Source: Pseudomonas phage vB_PaeM_GXNNA8
Sequence record: PV400810.1
DNA: 64,000 nucleotides
Strand: one strand, 5' to 3'
Under the pieces are notes generated by a model. The model saw only the letters and a list, made by a program, of their open reading frames with translations, was not told the origin of the DNA and did no database searches. Shown here one piece after another: positions 1 through 10,232 of the stretch. The first letter of the stretch is position 1; each line of letters opens with the position of its first letter. A program made the position numbers and the translations under genes.

Positions 1-51
1 CTGTACCGGATCCATCATTCGAAATTACCGGAGAAAGTCAAACATCAAGCC

Positions 52-903
52 ATGAAAGACGTGGTGTGCATGTACCACTACAAATGCCTCACCTCGATCA
101 TTCACAACGACTATCCCTTTACCGCCCGTAAAGAGGTGGTCCTGGAGACCTATAACCGGTTGAGCTTGAAGTATGACATTAAACGGTATGGAAGCTGGAG
201 GGCGTTGATTGAGGCTCGGGCGGAGTTTATCCTGAACCCTAAGACCGGTATCCACTACGAAGCCTTTACCCAGATGAACGATGATAAGAAAATCGTTTAC
301 ATGGTAGGAGATATTCAGAACAGGCTTAGAAGGGCGATTAACGACATTAACAAAGTCTTCCACGATGTCAAGAACAAGACCAACATCGTTAAACTGGAGA
401 ACTCTAAGGTTAACCTCGGAGATGAACTGACCATTAAGTCGGTAGCGAAAGACGTGAATCAACACGTTCAGTACCTGGATCGTATCCTGACAGAGGAAAC
501 CTCGTTCTACAAGGAAGAGTTAATGAACTATGCAGCCAGTGTACTGGAGGATGTTCGGATGAACATGCTGACGTATACCCTGCAAGAGTTCCCTAAGCGG
601 TACAACAACCCCAAAACCCCTGAGTACAAACAGTTTGCTGAAACGGTCGTATTGCACCTGTTTGATTACCTGCACGCCAACAACATCAAACGCAGTAAAG
701 TCTACAACGTGTTGATCAAGATGCGCGGTGCTTACGGGGCGAGTCGGAGTCGGAATGACATGGTTAAGACGATTCGGGAATTAGGTGATCAGATTGTGAT
801 TGCCATTACCGGACGTAAAACCCCTCAGTGGGTATTAACCACTCGTACTGCGTTGTGCTTGTTCATTGTACTGCGCGTACTGTCCAAGGATTATTTCGAA
901 TAA
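52..903 (+). CDS. hypothetical protein; reading frame is open back to window position 1, so possibly 5' partial
   Basis: 283-aa ORF; no in-frame stop between window start and the first ATG at 52. Confidence 0.5.
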   Translation: MKDVVCMYHYKCLTSIIHNDYPFTARKEVVLETYNRLSLKYDIKRYGSWRALIEARAEFILNPKTGIHYEAFTQMNDDKKIVYMVGDIQNRLRRAINDINKVFHDVKNKTNIVKLENSKVNLGDELTIKSVAKDVNQHVQYLDRILTEETSFYKEELMNYAASVLEDVRMNMLTYTLQEFPKRYNNPKTPEYKQFAETVVLHLFDYLHANNIKRSKVYNVLIKMRGAYGASRSRNDMVKTIRELGDQIVIAITGRKTPQWVLTTRTALCLFIVLRVLSKDYFE

Positions 904-950
904 CCAGTTACAAGGAATTTATTCATGCAGACCGCATAGGAGCGGACAGT

Positions 951-1247
951 ATGCACGCACTCCCCTTGACCCAAAAGCTTCTCTGTTCGTGCCATACCCA
1001 CACCATGGTTAGTGTGATGGTGGAAAGTGGTTCAGCGTCACTCCGGGTGTTCATGATCTTCCCTTGGATCCCTACGCCACCCGGTGAACCCTCCAGGCCG
1101 CCGATGTTCGACGAGAACTCGCCGAATTACCGTTGGTATCTGGATCAAACCGCCGCCTCTGAAGCCTTCACCCTGTTGGCCAACGGCAAGCCGGCTAAAG
1201 GCCACACCCTGCAAGAACTGGAACATGCACTGCTTGCTGTAGCGTAA
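951..1247 (+). CDS. small hypothetical protein (98 aa), internal start of the 828..1247 ORF
   Basis: ATG at 951 preceded by AGGAG at 937-941; ends just before a bidirectional hairpin. Confidence 0.35.
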   Translation: MHALPLTQKLLCSCHTHTMVSVMVESGSASLRVFMIFPWIPTPPGEPSRPPMFDENSPNYRWYLDQTAASEAFTLLANGKPAKGHTLQELEHALLAVA

Positions 1248-1302
1248 CCCTTGTAACTAAGTGGGTTATACCGCCCTTTCTGAAGCAGAAATAACCCGAT
1301 AC

Positions 1303-1331
1303 CTCCTGGAGCCCCACAAGGGCTCCAGGAG
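1303..1331. terminator. bidirectional hairpin terminator between convergent genes
   Basis: perfect 11-bp inverted repeat ctcctggagcc/ggctccaggag with a 7-nt loop. Confidence 0.55.
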
Positions 1332-1340
1332 GGTCAGGTC

Positions 1341-4300
1341 TTATGCTGTTCTGCGTTGTTGCAGTAGGCGTTTGTTGCGTTCCACTTTAGCGTTCTCCAA
1401 CAGCACGTCAATGGTCATCATGCGATTCTGTTCCGGAGGCAACATCTTGGCTAACTTCCGAATCTCCACCTCTAGACGAAGTGCTAAGATATTGTCCTGG
1501 GTGCTCATCAGTTCTTCAGTTAGGCTGTGAACCTTACTCCGGACTTTATCGATGAGTTGAACCACGTACGGCTCATACTCGGTTCGTCCTTGGTTCTGGG
1601 CAGAGTTCAGTAAGTTGCGGGTGTCCGTTAGGGCAATCCCCGGAGGGATCCCGTACAAGGACTTGTTCTCCCCGAGCTTAATGAACCAGTAGCTCAGTAG
1701 CCACGCAATGACCAAGTCATCGTGCTGCTTCGCATCGTGGTCGATTCGATCCCCCTTGAGTTTCAGGTTGATCAATTCATCCGCGAGCTTCGCATAACAG
1801 AGGCCGTACCCGGTATTCCCAACCGCCTCTTGGATGAGGCCGTACAGGACGTCCCGACTGGTCTTGGTCGTTACGAACCCGAAGTATTGTTTATACTTCA
1901 GGTAGAACGCTTTATTCCGGTAAGCAAATTTGGTGTTCTGGACTTCCTCAAACTCCTTAGCGTTATTGACGGTGTCTTGGTAGATTTGGTTAAAGACCCG
2001 TTTAAAGGGGTCCATGCCCTTAGCCGGCAGCATAATCAACAGACTGTCGATCATGTGATGCGCGTAGTTACGCTCAATGATCAAGGTGCTGTTCTGAATC
2101 ACGTCCAGCAAATCCACAACAATGGCTGTGACATCATCCAAGAAGGTTAAGGGATATCGTCCCACCCCAATGACCTTACCCGTCTTCATACTGCGAATCA
2201 CAATGGTGCAGGCATCCTTGTTAATGGCTGAGGACGTATCCACACCAATCAGGAAATGGTCATTGTACTCCTTCTTTGCCATCTCCAACAATTCCTGTTG
2301 GGTCACAAAGAAGTCCACGTACAGGTTACAGTCCCGATATTCCTTACTCCACACCACGTCCCGCTTCATGTTGTTAATGGCTTCCCGGGTCACATCGTCA
2401 AACAACCGATTCTCCCCATCTTCCACCCACATGAGCAATAAGTCGATCTTGGCTTTCGCCAAACTCAATCCTAGCAGGTCAATGGTTTCCCGCACCCAGG
2501 CTTTGTCCTTACCCAGTTGAAGGTAATTGTACACCATGGAGACTGACGGAGAGGTTGTCTTCGTAGGGGAAGCCCTGAGTAACATCTGCCTCAAGTGACT
2601 CTCACTGAAGCAATCAAAGAACTTCTCCCGCCACTCCGTTGCACTCATGAGTTTATTGAACATAAACTCCCCGCTGGGATGGAGCGTGGTATTGGGGGTC
2701 GTAATGTGCGTAATCCCATACGGCAACCCCTGCTCTCTGCACAACGCCATTTCCGTTAGCGAGGACGGGGAACACCCGTCAATGATGGTGTCGATGAACC
2801 GAATATACCCGGACTCATCGTAGTTGGTAGTCCCTACCCGTAACCCCCGACCGAGATCCCCTGCTGCATCCTGACTGATCTGAGGAACGTTAATGTACAG
2901 CGTATTAACGTTATCTTCCCCAAAGGCCTTGTAGGTCAGACTGGTACCAGCATCCTTGTCCTTGTAGGTCGAGTTAATCAAATACGAGGGAATTGAACTC
3001 CGAATCTGTTTAATAGCCGCAATGAACTGAGCTCGGTTATCCGACTTCAAGGTAATCAAGTGGCTGGTATACCCCCGCCCCATGATGTACGTTAACCAGA
3101 AGTCAATCACCTGAACCGATACCGTGTTGTGGGTCACAATGAAGTCATCGGTCAAATACAACTGTTCACTGTTATCGACTTCAATACAGGTACAATCGTC
3201 ATCCCCTACGAAAGTCACCCGCTCGATCAGCAACCGATTATCAAAGACGACATTCTCTTCCCTGAACTTGAACGGAGGTACCTCTTCCGGTAGGGTAATC
3301 TCTACTCCGTTCTTGGTGACTTTACCGGTTCCACCTAGACTACGGGCTAAATACGCCAGTTGACCTCCTAGGACGCGATTTAAGGCTATAAAGACCTTAC
3401 CCCTACCAACCTTACCCCTAACGTCTAAAAACGCCTGTAAGAGGTCTCTCCGGGCGTTTAAAGGGGCTTCTAGGTATTGATCCGGTAAACCGTGTTCCCT
3501 GTTGAATAAATAAGGTTGGTTATCAGTCCGTTCTAAGCAACTGTTAGCCACTCCCTGAATAACTGTTACCCCCCGAGGGAGATGATCAACTACGTACTGT
3601 TTAACCGCATCCGTACGCGTGGGGATAATAACCTTACCGTCTTGATCTTGTCCGCAATAGATCAACCCGAGAACGTACGGGTCAATAGGTAGGTCCTGTT
3701 CACTCCCGGGTACCGGAGCCGGTAACGGCAATTGAAGTTTAACCTTCTTCTTCAACAGGTTAATGACATCAACGGTCGAATAGTCATTCCAGAGTGCACG
3801 TCCATTGAGGCAGTTGGAATAATCCTTCAAGGTCCACAGATGTTCAGTCCCTACGTCTGTAGCTCGTCCGTCACTGGTAATGACGCGATACAACCGGCGT
3901 TTACCCTGGGGATGAATACCAATCACCTGACACGGCTTCCCGGAACGGTCCAGGACTTGATCCCCCACCCGTAGGTGTTCGATCCGTTTCCAAGTATCCT
4001 GAGGGGTAATAGTCTTCAGGGTATCCTTAGGTACAATACGGACCTTAGCACTGTTACGCTGCTGCTTACCCTGTTGCCGCGGCATGATCATGTAGGTGGT
4101 AATGTGATTCAAATACGACCAAATAAAGCTGATATTCCCCCGGTTCGCTAAGAAGGGCTGATTCGGCTTTAACCGACAGACTTCCCGTAGGAAGTACCAA
4201 AAGTTACTCCGACACTCCTCCAGGACCCACACCTGTTGCTCAGGAGTGAGGTTAGGATCAAAGGGATCCACTCCTTTCAACAGGGGATTGTTCAATTGGA

Positions 4301-4607
4301 GAATAAAGTAAAAGTTATTGATTCCCTGTTGCCTGAACACTTCGGTGGTTCTGAGGAAACTGGTATTCCGGGTCTCCCGATCATAACCCGCTTGGTAGTT
4401 GAAAAAGTCCTTGAGAAAACGAACAGTCTTAATACCGCTTAAGCTGTCTTCATTGAAGTGAGCTAAAAGGGTTTCATCGTCTGTTCGAGCCTCCCAATCA
4501 ATACGGAGGCGTTTATCATCGATCAGTTCTTTGGGTAGGTTGTTACATCTCAGGTACTTAACCAACCATTTAGCATAGGAAAGGGATGTGTTCTGTTCGT
4601 CTGTCAT
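1341..4607 (-). CDS. terL: terminase large subunit (DNA packaging ATPase/nuclease), intein-containing precursor
   Basis: N-terminal NFWYFLREVC and MPRQQGK P-loop region resemble T4 gp17 (cf. CRDDIVYFAETYC ... SRQLGKT); C-terminal LIGVDTSSAINKDACTIVI resembles the terminase nuclease motif; 313-aa insertion ending VTHN|T. Confidence 0.8.
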   Translation of the reverse strand: MTDEQNTSLSYAKWLVKYLRCNNLPKELIDDKRLRIDWEARTDDETLLAHFNEDSLSGIKTVRFLKDFFNYQAGYDRETRNTSFLRTTEVFRQQGINNFYFILQLNNPLLKGVDPFDPNLTPEQQVWVLEECRSNFWYFLREVCRLKPNQPFLANRGNISFIWSYLNHITTYMIMPRQQGKQQRNSAKVRIVPKDTLKTITPQDTWKRIEHLRVGDQVLDRSGKPCQVIGIHPQGKRRLYRVITSDGRATDVGTEHLWTLKDYSNCLNGRALWNDYSTVDVINLLKKKVKLQLPLPAPVPGSEQDLPIDPYVLGLIYCGQDQDGKVIIPTRTDAVKQYVVDHLPRGVTVIQGVANSCLERTDNQPYLFNREHGLPDQYLEAPLNARRDLLQAFLDVRGKVGRGKVFIALNRVLGGQLAYLARSLGGTGKVTKNGVEITLPEEVPPFKFREENVVFDNRLLIERVTFVGDDDCTCIEVDNSEQLYLTDDFIVTHNTVSVQVIDFWLTYIMGRGYTSHLITLKSDNRAQFIAAIKQIRSSIPSYLINSTYKDKDAGTSLTYKAFGEDNVNTLYINVPQISQDAAGDLGRGLRVGTTNYDESGYIRFIDTIIDGCSPSSLTEMALCREQGLPYGITHITTPNTTLHPSGEFMFNKLMSATEWREKFFDCFSESHLRQMLLRASPTKTTSPSVSMVYNYLQLGKDKAWVRETIDLLGLSLAKAKIDLLLMWVEDGENRLFDDVTREAINNMKRDVVWSKEYRDCNLYVDFFVTQQELLEMAKKEYNDHFLIGVDTSSAINKDACTIVIRSMKTGKVIGVGRYPLTFLDDVTAIVVDLLDVIQNSTLIIERNYAHHMIDSLLIMLPAKGMDPFKRVFNQIYQDTVNNAKEFEEVQNTKFAYRNKAFYLKYKQYFGFVTTKTSRDVLYGLIQEAVGNTGYGLCYAKLADELINLKLKGDRIDHDAKQHDDLVIAWLLSYWFIKLGENKSLYGIPPGIALTDTRNLLNSAQNQGRTEYEPYVVQLIDKVRSKVHSLTEELMSTQDNILALRLEVEIRKLAKMLPPEQNRMMTIDVLLENAKVERNKRLLQQRRTA
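3126..4064 (-). mobile_element. intein inserted in the TerL Walker A motif (GK|T), about 313 aa, probable class 3 (WCT-type) with LAGLIDADG-like middle domain
   Basis: block A-like SAKVRIV...TWKRIEHLRVGDQVL, block B GTEHLW, block F DDCTCIEVD, block G FIVTHN followed by +1 Thr; the excised junction would restore PRQQGK-TVSVQ (cf. T4 SRQLGKTTVVA); N-terminal boundary approximate. Confidence 0.7.
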
Positions 4608-4692
4608 ACATCAACTCCACGAAAACCCTATAACAATCAAGTAACCCTGGGCGTTGCCCAGGGTTACTCTTTAACTATAGGATCAACCGCCG

Positions 4693-4878
4693 TTAACCTT
4701 CGGGTTCCAACCGAGTCCGTTCGTGAATGATGACGTGCTTAGCGCCGAACACCACCACTTCCGTCTTCTCACCGTTCTGAAGAATAACCTCTTGCGAGAT
4801 ATCTTCAGGCGTCTGGACCCGAACCACTACTTCCTTATCTTCGGTACAATGAGCGGTTACGTTAACCGTACTGGTCAT
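4693..4878 (-). CDS. small hypothetical protein (61 aa)
   Basis: strong RBS AAGGAGGAAACAAAATG; fills the gap between the 574-aa ORF and terL. Confidence 0.5.
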   Translation of the reverse strand: MTSTVNVTAHCTEDKEVVVRVQTPEDISQEVILQNGEKTEVVVFGAKHVIIHERTRLEPEG

Positions 4879-4890
4879 TTTGTTTCCTCC

Positions 4891-6615
4891 TTAAGGAAAT
4901 TCAACCGTTACACCGGTAACGGCCAGTTGCTTCTCATCACCAGACGTTTGGCGTTCTACCCAACGAAGGAACCAGGTCTTGCCCTTCTGAAGTTCAATGT
5001 TGATGGTGTTGTTCTTATTCCAATCCGAGATCGGATACCGCCAGGAACGCCCGTCTTCATGAACCAGGTAGAAATGAGTGGGTAAAGGAGCTTTCTCTTC
5101 ATCGAACCGATTGAAGCTAGGTTCGACCCCCCAATACAACGCTTTCAGCCAATCCGTTTGATTACCGTACCCGTTGGCCACATTGACCGTGGTAGCGACT
5201 CCGGAGTTCTTAGCGACAATGAACTTCGCTTCGTACGACGGTTTATTCTGCGAGAAGGACACGTCAAAGCGTTTACCCGGCCCATTGATGTCTTTATACA
5301 ACACAATGGTGGTGTACTGCCGGAAGATCACACTCTCGTACTGACTCGATACATCCCTCAAGTTCAAGTTAAAGATCAAAGATTGAGCAACCCCGTAGGC
5401 GGAAGGCCGCCAGACTTCACTCTTCTCATTGAACTTCACTTGAGCGGTCACATCAATGGCTGTTTTCCGATCCAGATCCAACAGCCAATGTTGGAGTCGA
5501 TACCCCGAAATACTCGGATCCCATTGCGGGAAGGTGTAGATCTTCGGCGAGTAAGCGCCTTTAACAGGACCGGCTTCTACCGAATAGGTTCGACTGATAT
5601 GATCAGGACTCCCGGGTTTGGCAATGTAATGCTGTTCATTCGCTGCCAGTTTAAGGGTCAGAACGATCTCACCCTCTTGACCCGGCCAGGTGGGACGCCA
5701 TTCATTCAACCCATACAGGTTGAACCGTTCGCCGTTCACCGGCATGGGCGCACTGGTGCTGCCGTCTGAGTAATGAATCACCGCCCTGAACTCAATAGCC
5801 GTTACCAATACGTTCACCGGAATGATAATCTTCTCCGTATTGAGCGTGTTGGTAAACCACGGTGTGAGCAGTTCAATCTCCGTGACATACTTGGTACCAA
5901 TCTGGTGATCCCGCATGTACGCACAGTGCTGGACCATTACAGGTTGAACCGGGGGAATGAAGTTACCCCCCTCGTCATAGAACACCAACGTACAACGTGT
6001 ACCGTCTTTCAGGGCTTCCTCGTTCTCCGTGACACTGAAAGGACCCGTGGTCATAATCTCCAGGTTCGTACGATCTACGATCTCAGCCAACTTGGTAGGT
6101 ACCTTGTTGCTGATCATATTCGCCGACTTGTCGTACTGAGCACTGATGATCCGACCGTTATCACTGGCGTCGTTACCGAGGTAGAGTTTAGCGTACGCTG
6201 CACCGGGTCGCATGATGGTGCTGTCAACGCGCGCCACGTTAGGCCGTTGACTGTAGTCCACACTCAGCAAGGCTTCACCCAGCAGAGGACCCCCTCGTAG
6301 ACCGAAGATCCAGTCTTGTTCAGTCGTAGTACCGTCCTCACTGGTCCGAGGTTCCCACGGGACCAAGGTAGACTTCAAGGTCTTCCCCTGATAATCCACA
6401 TGAATCACCTCCAGGAACTGTTTATTAGGTACATCAATCACCAATTCCCGTTCCCGGGGGACTACGTACTTAACAATGTCCTCCGGCGGATGCTTGTCCG
6501 GATCATAGATGTCAGGCAGGTAATGGATCCTGTACCGTTGGCCGTCATTCTCAGGAGCCAAATCAGTACCCGCCACCGCTCGCTCAGCACTCGTGCTGGG
6601 TTTGTTGTCAAACAT
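4891..6615 (-). CDS. hypothetical protein (574 aa)
   Basis: long ORF, RBS AAGGGG upstream, in the same minus-strand cluster as terL. Confidence 0.55.
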   Translation of the reverse strand: MFDNKPSTSAERAVAGTDLAPENDGQRYRIHYLPDIYDPDKHPPEDIVKYVVPRERELVIDVPNKQFLEVIHVDYQGKTLKSTLVPWEPRTSEDGTTTEQDWIFGLRGGPLLGEALLSVDYSQRPNVARVDSTIMRPGAAYAKLYLGNDASDNGRIISAQYDKSANMISNKVPTKLAEIVDRTNLEIMTTGPFSVTENEEALKDGTRCTLVFYDEGGNFIPPVQPVMVQHCAYMRDHQIGTKYVTEIELLTPWFTNTLNTEKIIIPVNVLVTAIEFRAVIHYSDGSTSAPMPVNGERFNLYGLNEWRPTWPGQEGEIVLTLKLAANEQHYIAKPGSPDHISRTYSVEAGPVKGAYSPKIYTFPQWDPSISGYRLQHWLLDLDRKTAIDVTAQVKFNEKSEVWRPSAYGVAQSLIFNLNLRDVSSQYESVIFRQYTTIVLYKDINGPGKRFDVSFSQNKPSYEAKFIVAKNSGVATTVNVANGYGNQTDWLKALYWGVEPSFNRFDEEKAPLPTHFYLVHEDGRSWRYPISDWNKNNTINIELQKGKTWFLRWVERQTSGDEKQLAVTGVTVEFP

Positions 6616-6626
6616 GAATATCCCCT

Positions 6627-9239
6627 TTAGTCACTGTTACTTACTTCAAAGTGGCCTTCAATGACACAGACAGACTTCAAGTAAAGGTCGTTCACTTGCT
6701 TAATGAAGACAAACTGGTTGGGTGTTACCGAGAGCAGTTCATCATTCGCGTAGGGCATAATGGCAAAATAGCGGAGGTCGTATTCCCGAATCACCGGGTC
6801 ATACTTTAACCACCACTTGTACGGACTGACCTGTTCCTCAATGAACTGAGGACTGTACGTCTCTTCACCGTCTACTCGATTAGGAACCACCAACAACCGG
6901 TTCTTAATCGCATTCACCACCACATTCAGGAAGGGGCTGAACAACCGGTACTTATCCTGAAGGGTCGGTATCACCGGATCCACCAACGGCTTAGGACAGT
7001 ATTCCGTTAAGTAATCACTCACCCGTTGATCAATCTCCCGACTCTCTTTATACCCTGGGAAGTTGTCATAGGGGACGACATACTTAATGGGTTGGAAGAC
7101 ATGTTTGACCATGTACGGTAACCCATTGAGGTGATTCCAGAGGTTATCTGGAGAAGACAGCTCGGCCGTAGGCACATCGTCCGTTACCACCAAACGACCT
7201 CCAATGACGGTACGCGTTACCCGGTCTTCCCTCAGGTTATACCGTTTAAACCGTCCGATCACCCCACCGTCCACAAACCCGAGTTCGGTTTCTACCTTAG
7301 GACGTTCCTTATCCTCCCACAGGTCATGGCAACGCACCACAAACTGTTGAGCACCCGGTCGAATGAACTGTTTATTGATGATGTAGCAGTACCCGTTGTC
7401 AAAGATCCAATCGACATTATCAATCAATGGATGACCGTTCATCCAAATATCGATTTGAGCAGGAATCAAAGGGACTGCCAATCCACCCGGTTCATAGATG
7501 TGGGTAATGGCAAAGCTCAAGCTGTGATCAATGTGATCCAGTTCAAACCCATAAGCCAAGGTCCGGGTATTGAAGACCACTACCCCACGTTGGTTAACGG
7601 GATCCAATCCTTTCCAGACTAAGACTTCATTAACCACCTCGTAGATCTTCTTATCCCCAGTGACATCCGTTAACGCACCGGTGATTTCCCCTCGATCCAC
7701 ATTGAAATGACTGGTATACACCCTGAACCCATCAAAGGGGTCTAAGGGCAGATCGGTATTGGTTACCACATAGTCCAACGTTCGTCCGTATTGACCACAG
7801 GTGAACTCAACGAGTTGACACTTCGGATTCCGAGGTGCGTAGTACCGAATATTGTTGACATTGTGGTATTCCAACAGGCACCCGTTCTCATCATGTTCCC
7901 AAGCGGTACAACTGACTCGGTAACTGATGGGGATCTCAACCCCTCGACCACCCGCCTCGTATACCGCTTTAAGGGGAGTTTCACTGAGGACCCGAGTCGC
8001 CGCATTGTACCCCACTGCTTTACGAGCGCCCTCTACGGTCAGCGCTTTCATTTGACTCCGGGTAAAACTCATCACCACCCCAGCTTCCAGATTAGGAGCG
8101 GTCCACTCCGGTACCGTTGCTCGATCACCTGTCATGGCTTTAAGGATGTTTTCATCAGTCATCCGGTAGAGGTAACGGATCCGTTGATTATCATGTGGCC
8201 AAGGATATTCCCAATCCGTTTTACGAACCAATACCAGGATACGAATATCCTTCACCTCACTGAGGTCCTTGTGGTAATTACTCGCGGCTTGGATCTGGTC
8301 ATCCGCGATGGCAACATCCACATGAGTCAACTGACGAATCGTACTCACCGCATTCCGATGGAAATACAGACCTGTCGACCCTTTACCCAACAGGTAGTAA
8401 TCGTTGTCATCAAAATACCGAAGGGTAAAGTCCCCTGGGCGTTTAGGAGGATGCAGGATCAGTTTCCGTTTCTTATCCAAGGTGGAATAGAAGTCTTGCA
8501 GGGTGTTGTACGCGTACAGCTCCGTACGGATCACAGTGGGGTCATGGAAGAACTCCACTACATCCCCTAGGACCAAATTAGGAATCGACCCTGGATTACC
8601 ATGCCAATAGACCCCATTCACTGTTACCCCGGTAAACCCAGGCTTGGCTTTACAGGCTAAGTAGCGGTTATTAAAGACCGCCAGTTCAGCCTGACTCTCG
8701 TACACCATGGTCTCATAGACGTACGGGTTACTGGCAGCATTCGCAGTTTGTTCATTCTTCGCCACGTCACTGGAAGCGGTGTAGCATCGAAAGAACATTT
8801 CCTGACCCGTTGGCATGGGGTAGGTGTTATACTTCTCCAGGGCGATAAACGTGAGCTTATCGTACGTCATCATGACCCAAGCTTTATTCCGGCTGTACTG
8901 GTACCCTTTGGTGTTGTAGATATCCAGCTGAACACCCCGGCGTTTACACAGCTCGGCCAGGTTCATCCACCGGTCTAAGGGATTCCGTTTCAGTAAGTTG
9001 GTATGGAAGTTCCAATACCCTGCATCTAACCCCCCTACAGAAAAGACGTAATAGAACGTATCCCGCTTAGGCAAACTCCGCCATTTGCCCATAAAGGAGA
9101 AGTTGTCCACATCTCCGTAGTAGTCACTGAGCCGTACTGTACGCACCTGGTACTGGTTATTCTCTTCCGGGTTACCCCACAGGTGGTCTGTCGCGTAGGC
9201 CAGCAATGGGTTATCCGTATCAAACCCTTTCATGGTCAT
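6627..9239 (-). CDS. hypothetical large protein (870 aa); possibly a packaging/virion protein such as portal, but unsupported
   Basis: long ORF upstream of terL in the same transcription direction; no motif recognised. Confidence 0.55.
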   Translation of the reverse strand: MTMKGFDTDNPLLAYATDHLWGNPEENNQYQVRTVRLSDYYGDVDNFSFMGKWRSLPKRDTFYYVFSVGGLDAGYWNFHTNLLKRNPLDRWMNLAELCKRRGVQLDIYNTKGYQYSRNKAWVMMTYDKLTFIALEKYNTYPMPTGQEMFFRCYTASSDVAKNEQTANAASNPYVYETMVYESQAELAVFNNRYLACKAKPGFTGVTVNGVYWHGNPGSIPNLVLGDVVEFFHDPTVIRTELYAYNTLQDFYSTLDKKRKLILHPPKRPGDFTLRYFDDNDYYLLGKGSTGLYFHRNAVSTIRQLTHVDVAIADDQIQAASNYHKDLSEVKDIRILVLVRKTDWEYPWPHDNQRIRYLYRMTDENILKAMTGDRATVPEWTAPNLEAGVVMSFTRSQMKALTVEGARKAVGYNAATRVLSETPLKAVYEAGGRGVEIPISYRVSCTAWEHDENGCLLEYHNVNNIRYYAPRNPKCQLVEFTCGQYGRTLDYVVTNTDLPLDPFDGFRVYTSHFNVDRGEITGALTDVTGDKKIYEVVNEVLVWKGLDPVNQRGVVVFNTRTLAYGFELDHIDHSLSFAITHIYEPGGLAVPLIPAQIDIWMNGHPLIDNVDWIFDNGYCYIINKQFIRPGAQQFVVRCHDLWEDKERPKVETELGFVDGGVIGRFKRYNLREDRVTRTVIGGRLVVTDDVPTAELSSPDNLWNHLNGLPYMVKHVFQPIKYVVPYDNFPGYKESREIDQRVSDYLTEYCPKPLVDPVIPTLQDKYRLFSPFLNVVVNAIKNRLLVVPNRVDGEETYSPQFIEEQVSPYKWWLKYDPVIREYDLRYFAIMPYANDELLSVTPNQFVFIKQVNDLYLKSVCVIEGHFEVSNSD

Positions 9240-9244
9240 AACTG

Positions 9245-10123
9245 TTACCCGTTGAGATCATACGTGTAATCGATGTTCTTAAGGAAGGTATCCAGGATCC
9301 CTTTGTTGTATTTAGGATCCAATGCCATTCCCAGCGGTGTTTTATTCAGCGCCCTGAAACGTGCTGCACCATAGACAAAGGCCGTCAACAAGCAAGGTGC
9401 TTCAGACGCAGCTTCAAAGACCTGTTTCCCCAGCCCCGTAAAGGCCAATCCACCCACCACAGCAATGAAGTCCTTAAGACCCATCCCTTTGAGTTTATAC
9501 AACACAGGATTCTTACGAATCTCACTGAGGAGGTCTTCCAGCTTACTCAGATGAGGGAGATCGGCAATGACCCCCAATACAAAGTCTTTTTCCATCCCGT
9601 ACACATTACGCAGGACATTCTCAACTACAAAGACCAGGTCATTGTTCGGGTTCTCTTGAAGACAAACCACATAATACCCAATCAACACCTTCAGGGTCGA
9701 AGACTCTACGATATCCAAACCACCCCGCATCGTTAACCGTTGGGTTAGCGCGTCACTAAAGGCTTTGGTTACCATATTGCGACTCAGCTTAACCGGACCG
9801 AAGTTCAACTCAGCAACATCCTGTTGTAGAAACGCCGCCAGTCGCATAATAGTCAGGTCATTCTGGTTCGTGACTCGGTTCTGTTTATCCCGGTACGGAC
9901 GTTCGTCATACACCGTAATGGTTTGGCGGGTATGGGTCTGTAAAGTAATCGGAAAAGCAATGGTCGAAAACGGAACGTTGGTGGCGTGCGTAATAACGTA
10001 GACCTTGTCTTTCTTAGTGGGAGACAGATTGTTAGTCAGATGAAGGGTTTTGATGACTTCGTCTACGTGGTGAGACGCCCGGATCACTTTACCGACCGTG
10101 GTGTCATAGGCATTGATCAGCAT
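9245..10123 (-). CDS. hypothetical protein (292 aa)
   Basis: ORF; first gene of the minus-strand block diverging from the 10.1 kb region. Confidence 0.55.
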   Translation of the reverse strand: MLINAYDTTVGKVIRASHHVDEVIKTLHLTNNLSPTKKDKVYVITHATNVPFSTIAFPITLQTHTRQTITVYDERPYRDKQNRVTNQNDLTIMRLAAFLQQDVAELNFGPVKLSRNMVTKAFSDALTQRLTMRGGLDIVESSTLKVLIGYYVVCLQENPNNDLVFVVENVLRNVYGMEKDFVLGVIADLPHLSKLEDLLSEIRKNPVLYKLKGMGLKDFIAVVGGLAFTGLGKQVFEAASEAPCLLTAFVYGAARFRALNKTPLGMALDPKYNKGILDTFLKNIDYTYDLNG

Positions 10124-10232
10124 GGTAGATATTCCTTAAAATAACATGTTATGTGACAGTGCCTTATTACACTGTACGGCCCTGAAAATGGGTTCATACG
10201 ATTGCTTCAAACTTTTCCCCCACGAGGTTGCC

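Noticed and set aside
25-465. Minus-strand 146-aa ORF at the window start
   Set aside because: Entirely antisense to the better-supported plus-strand ORF 52..903.
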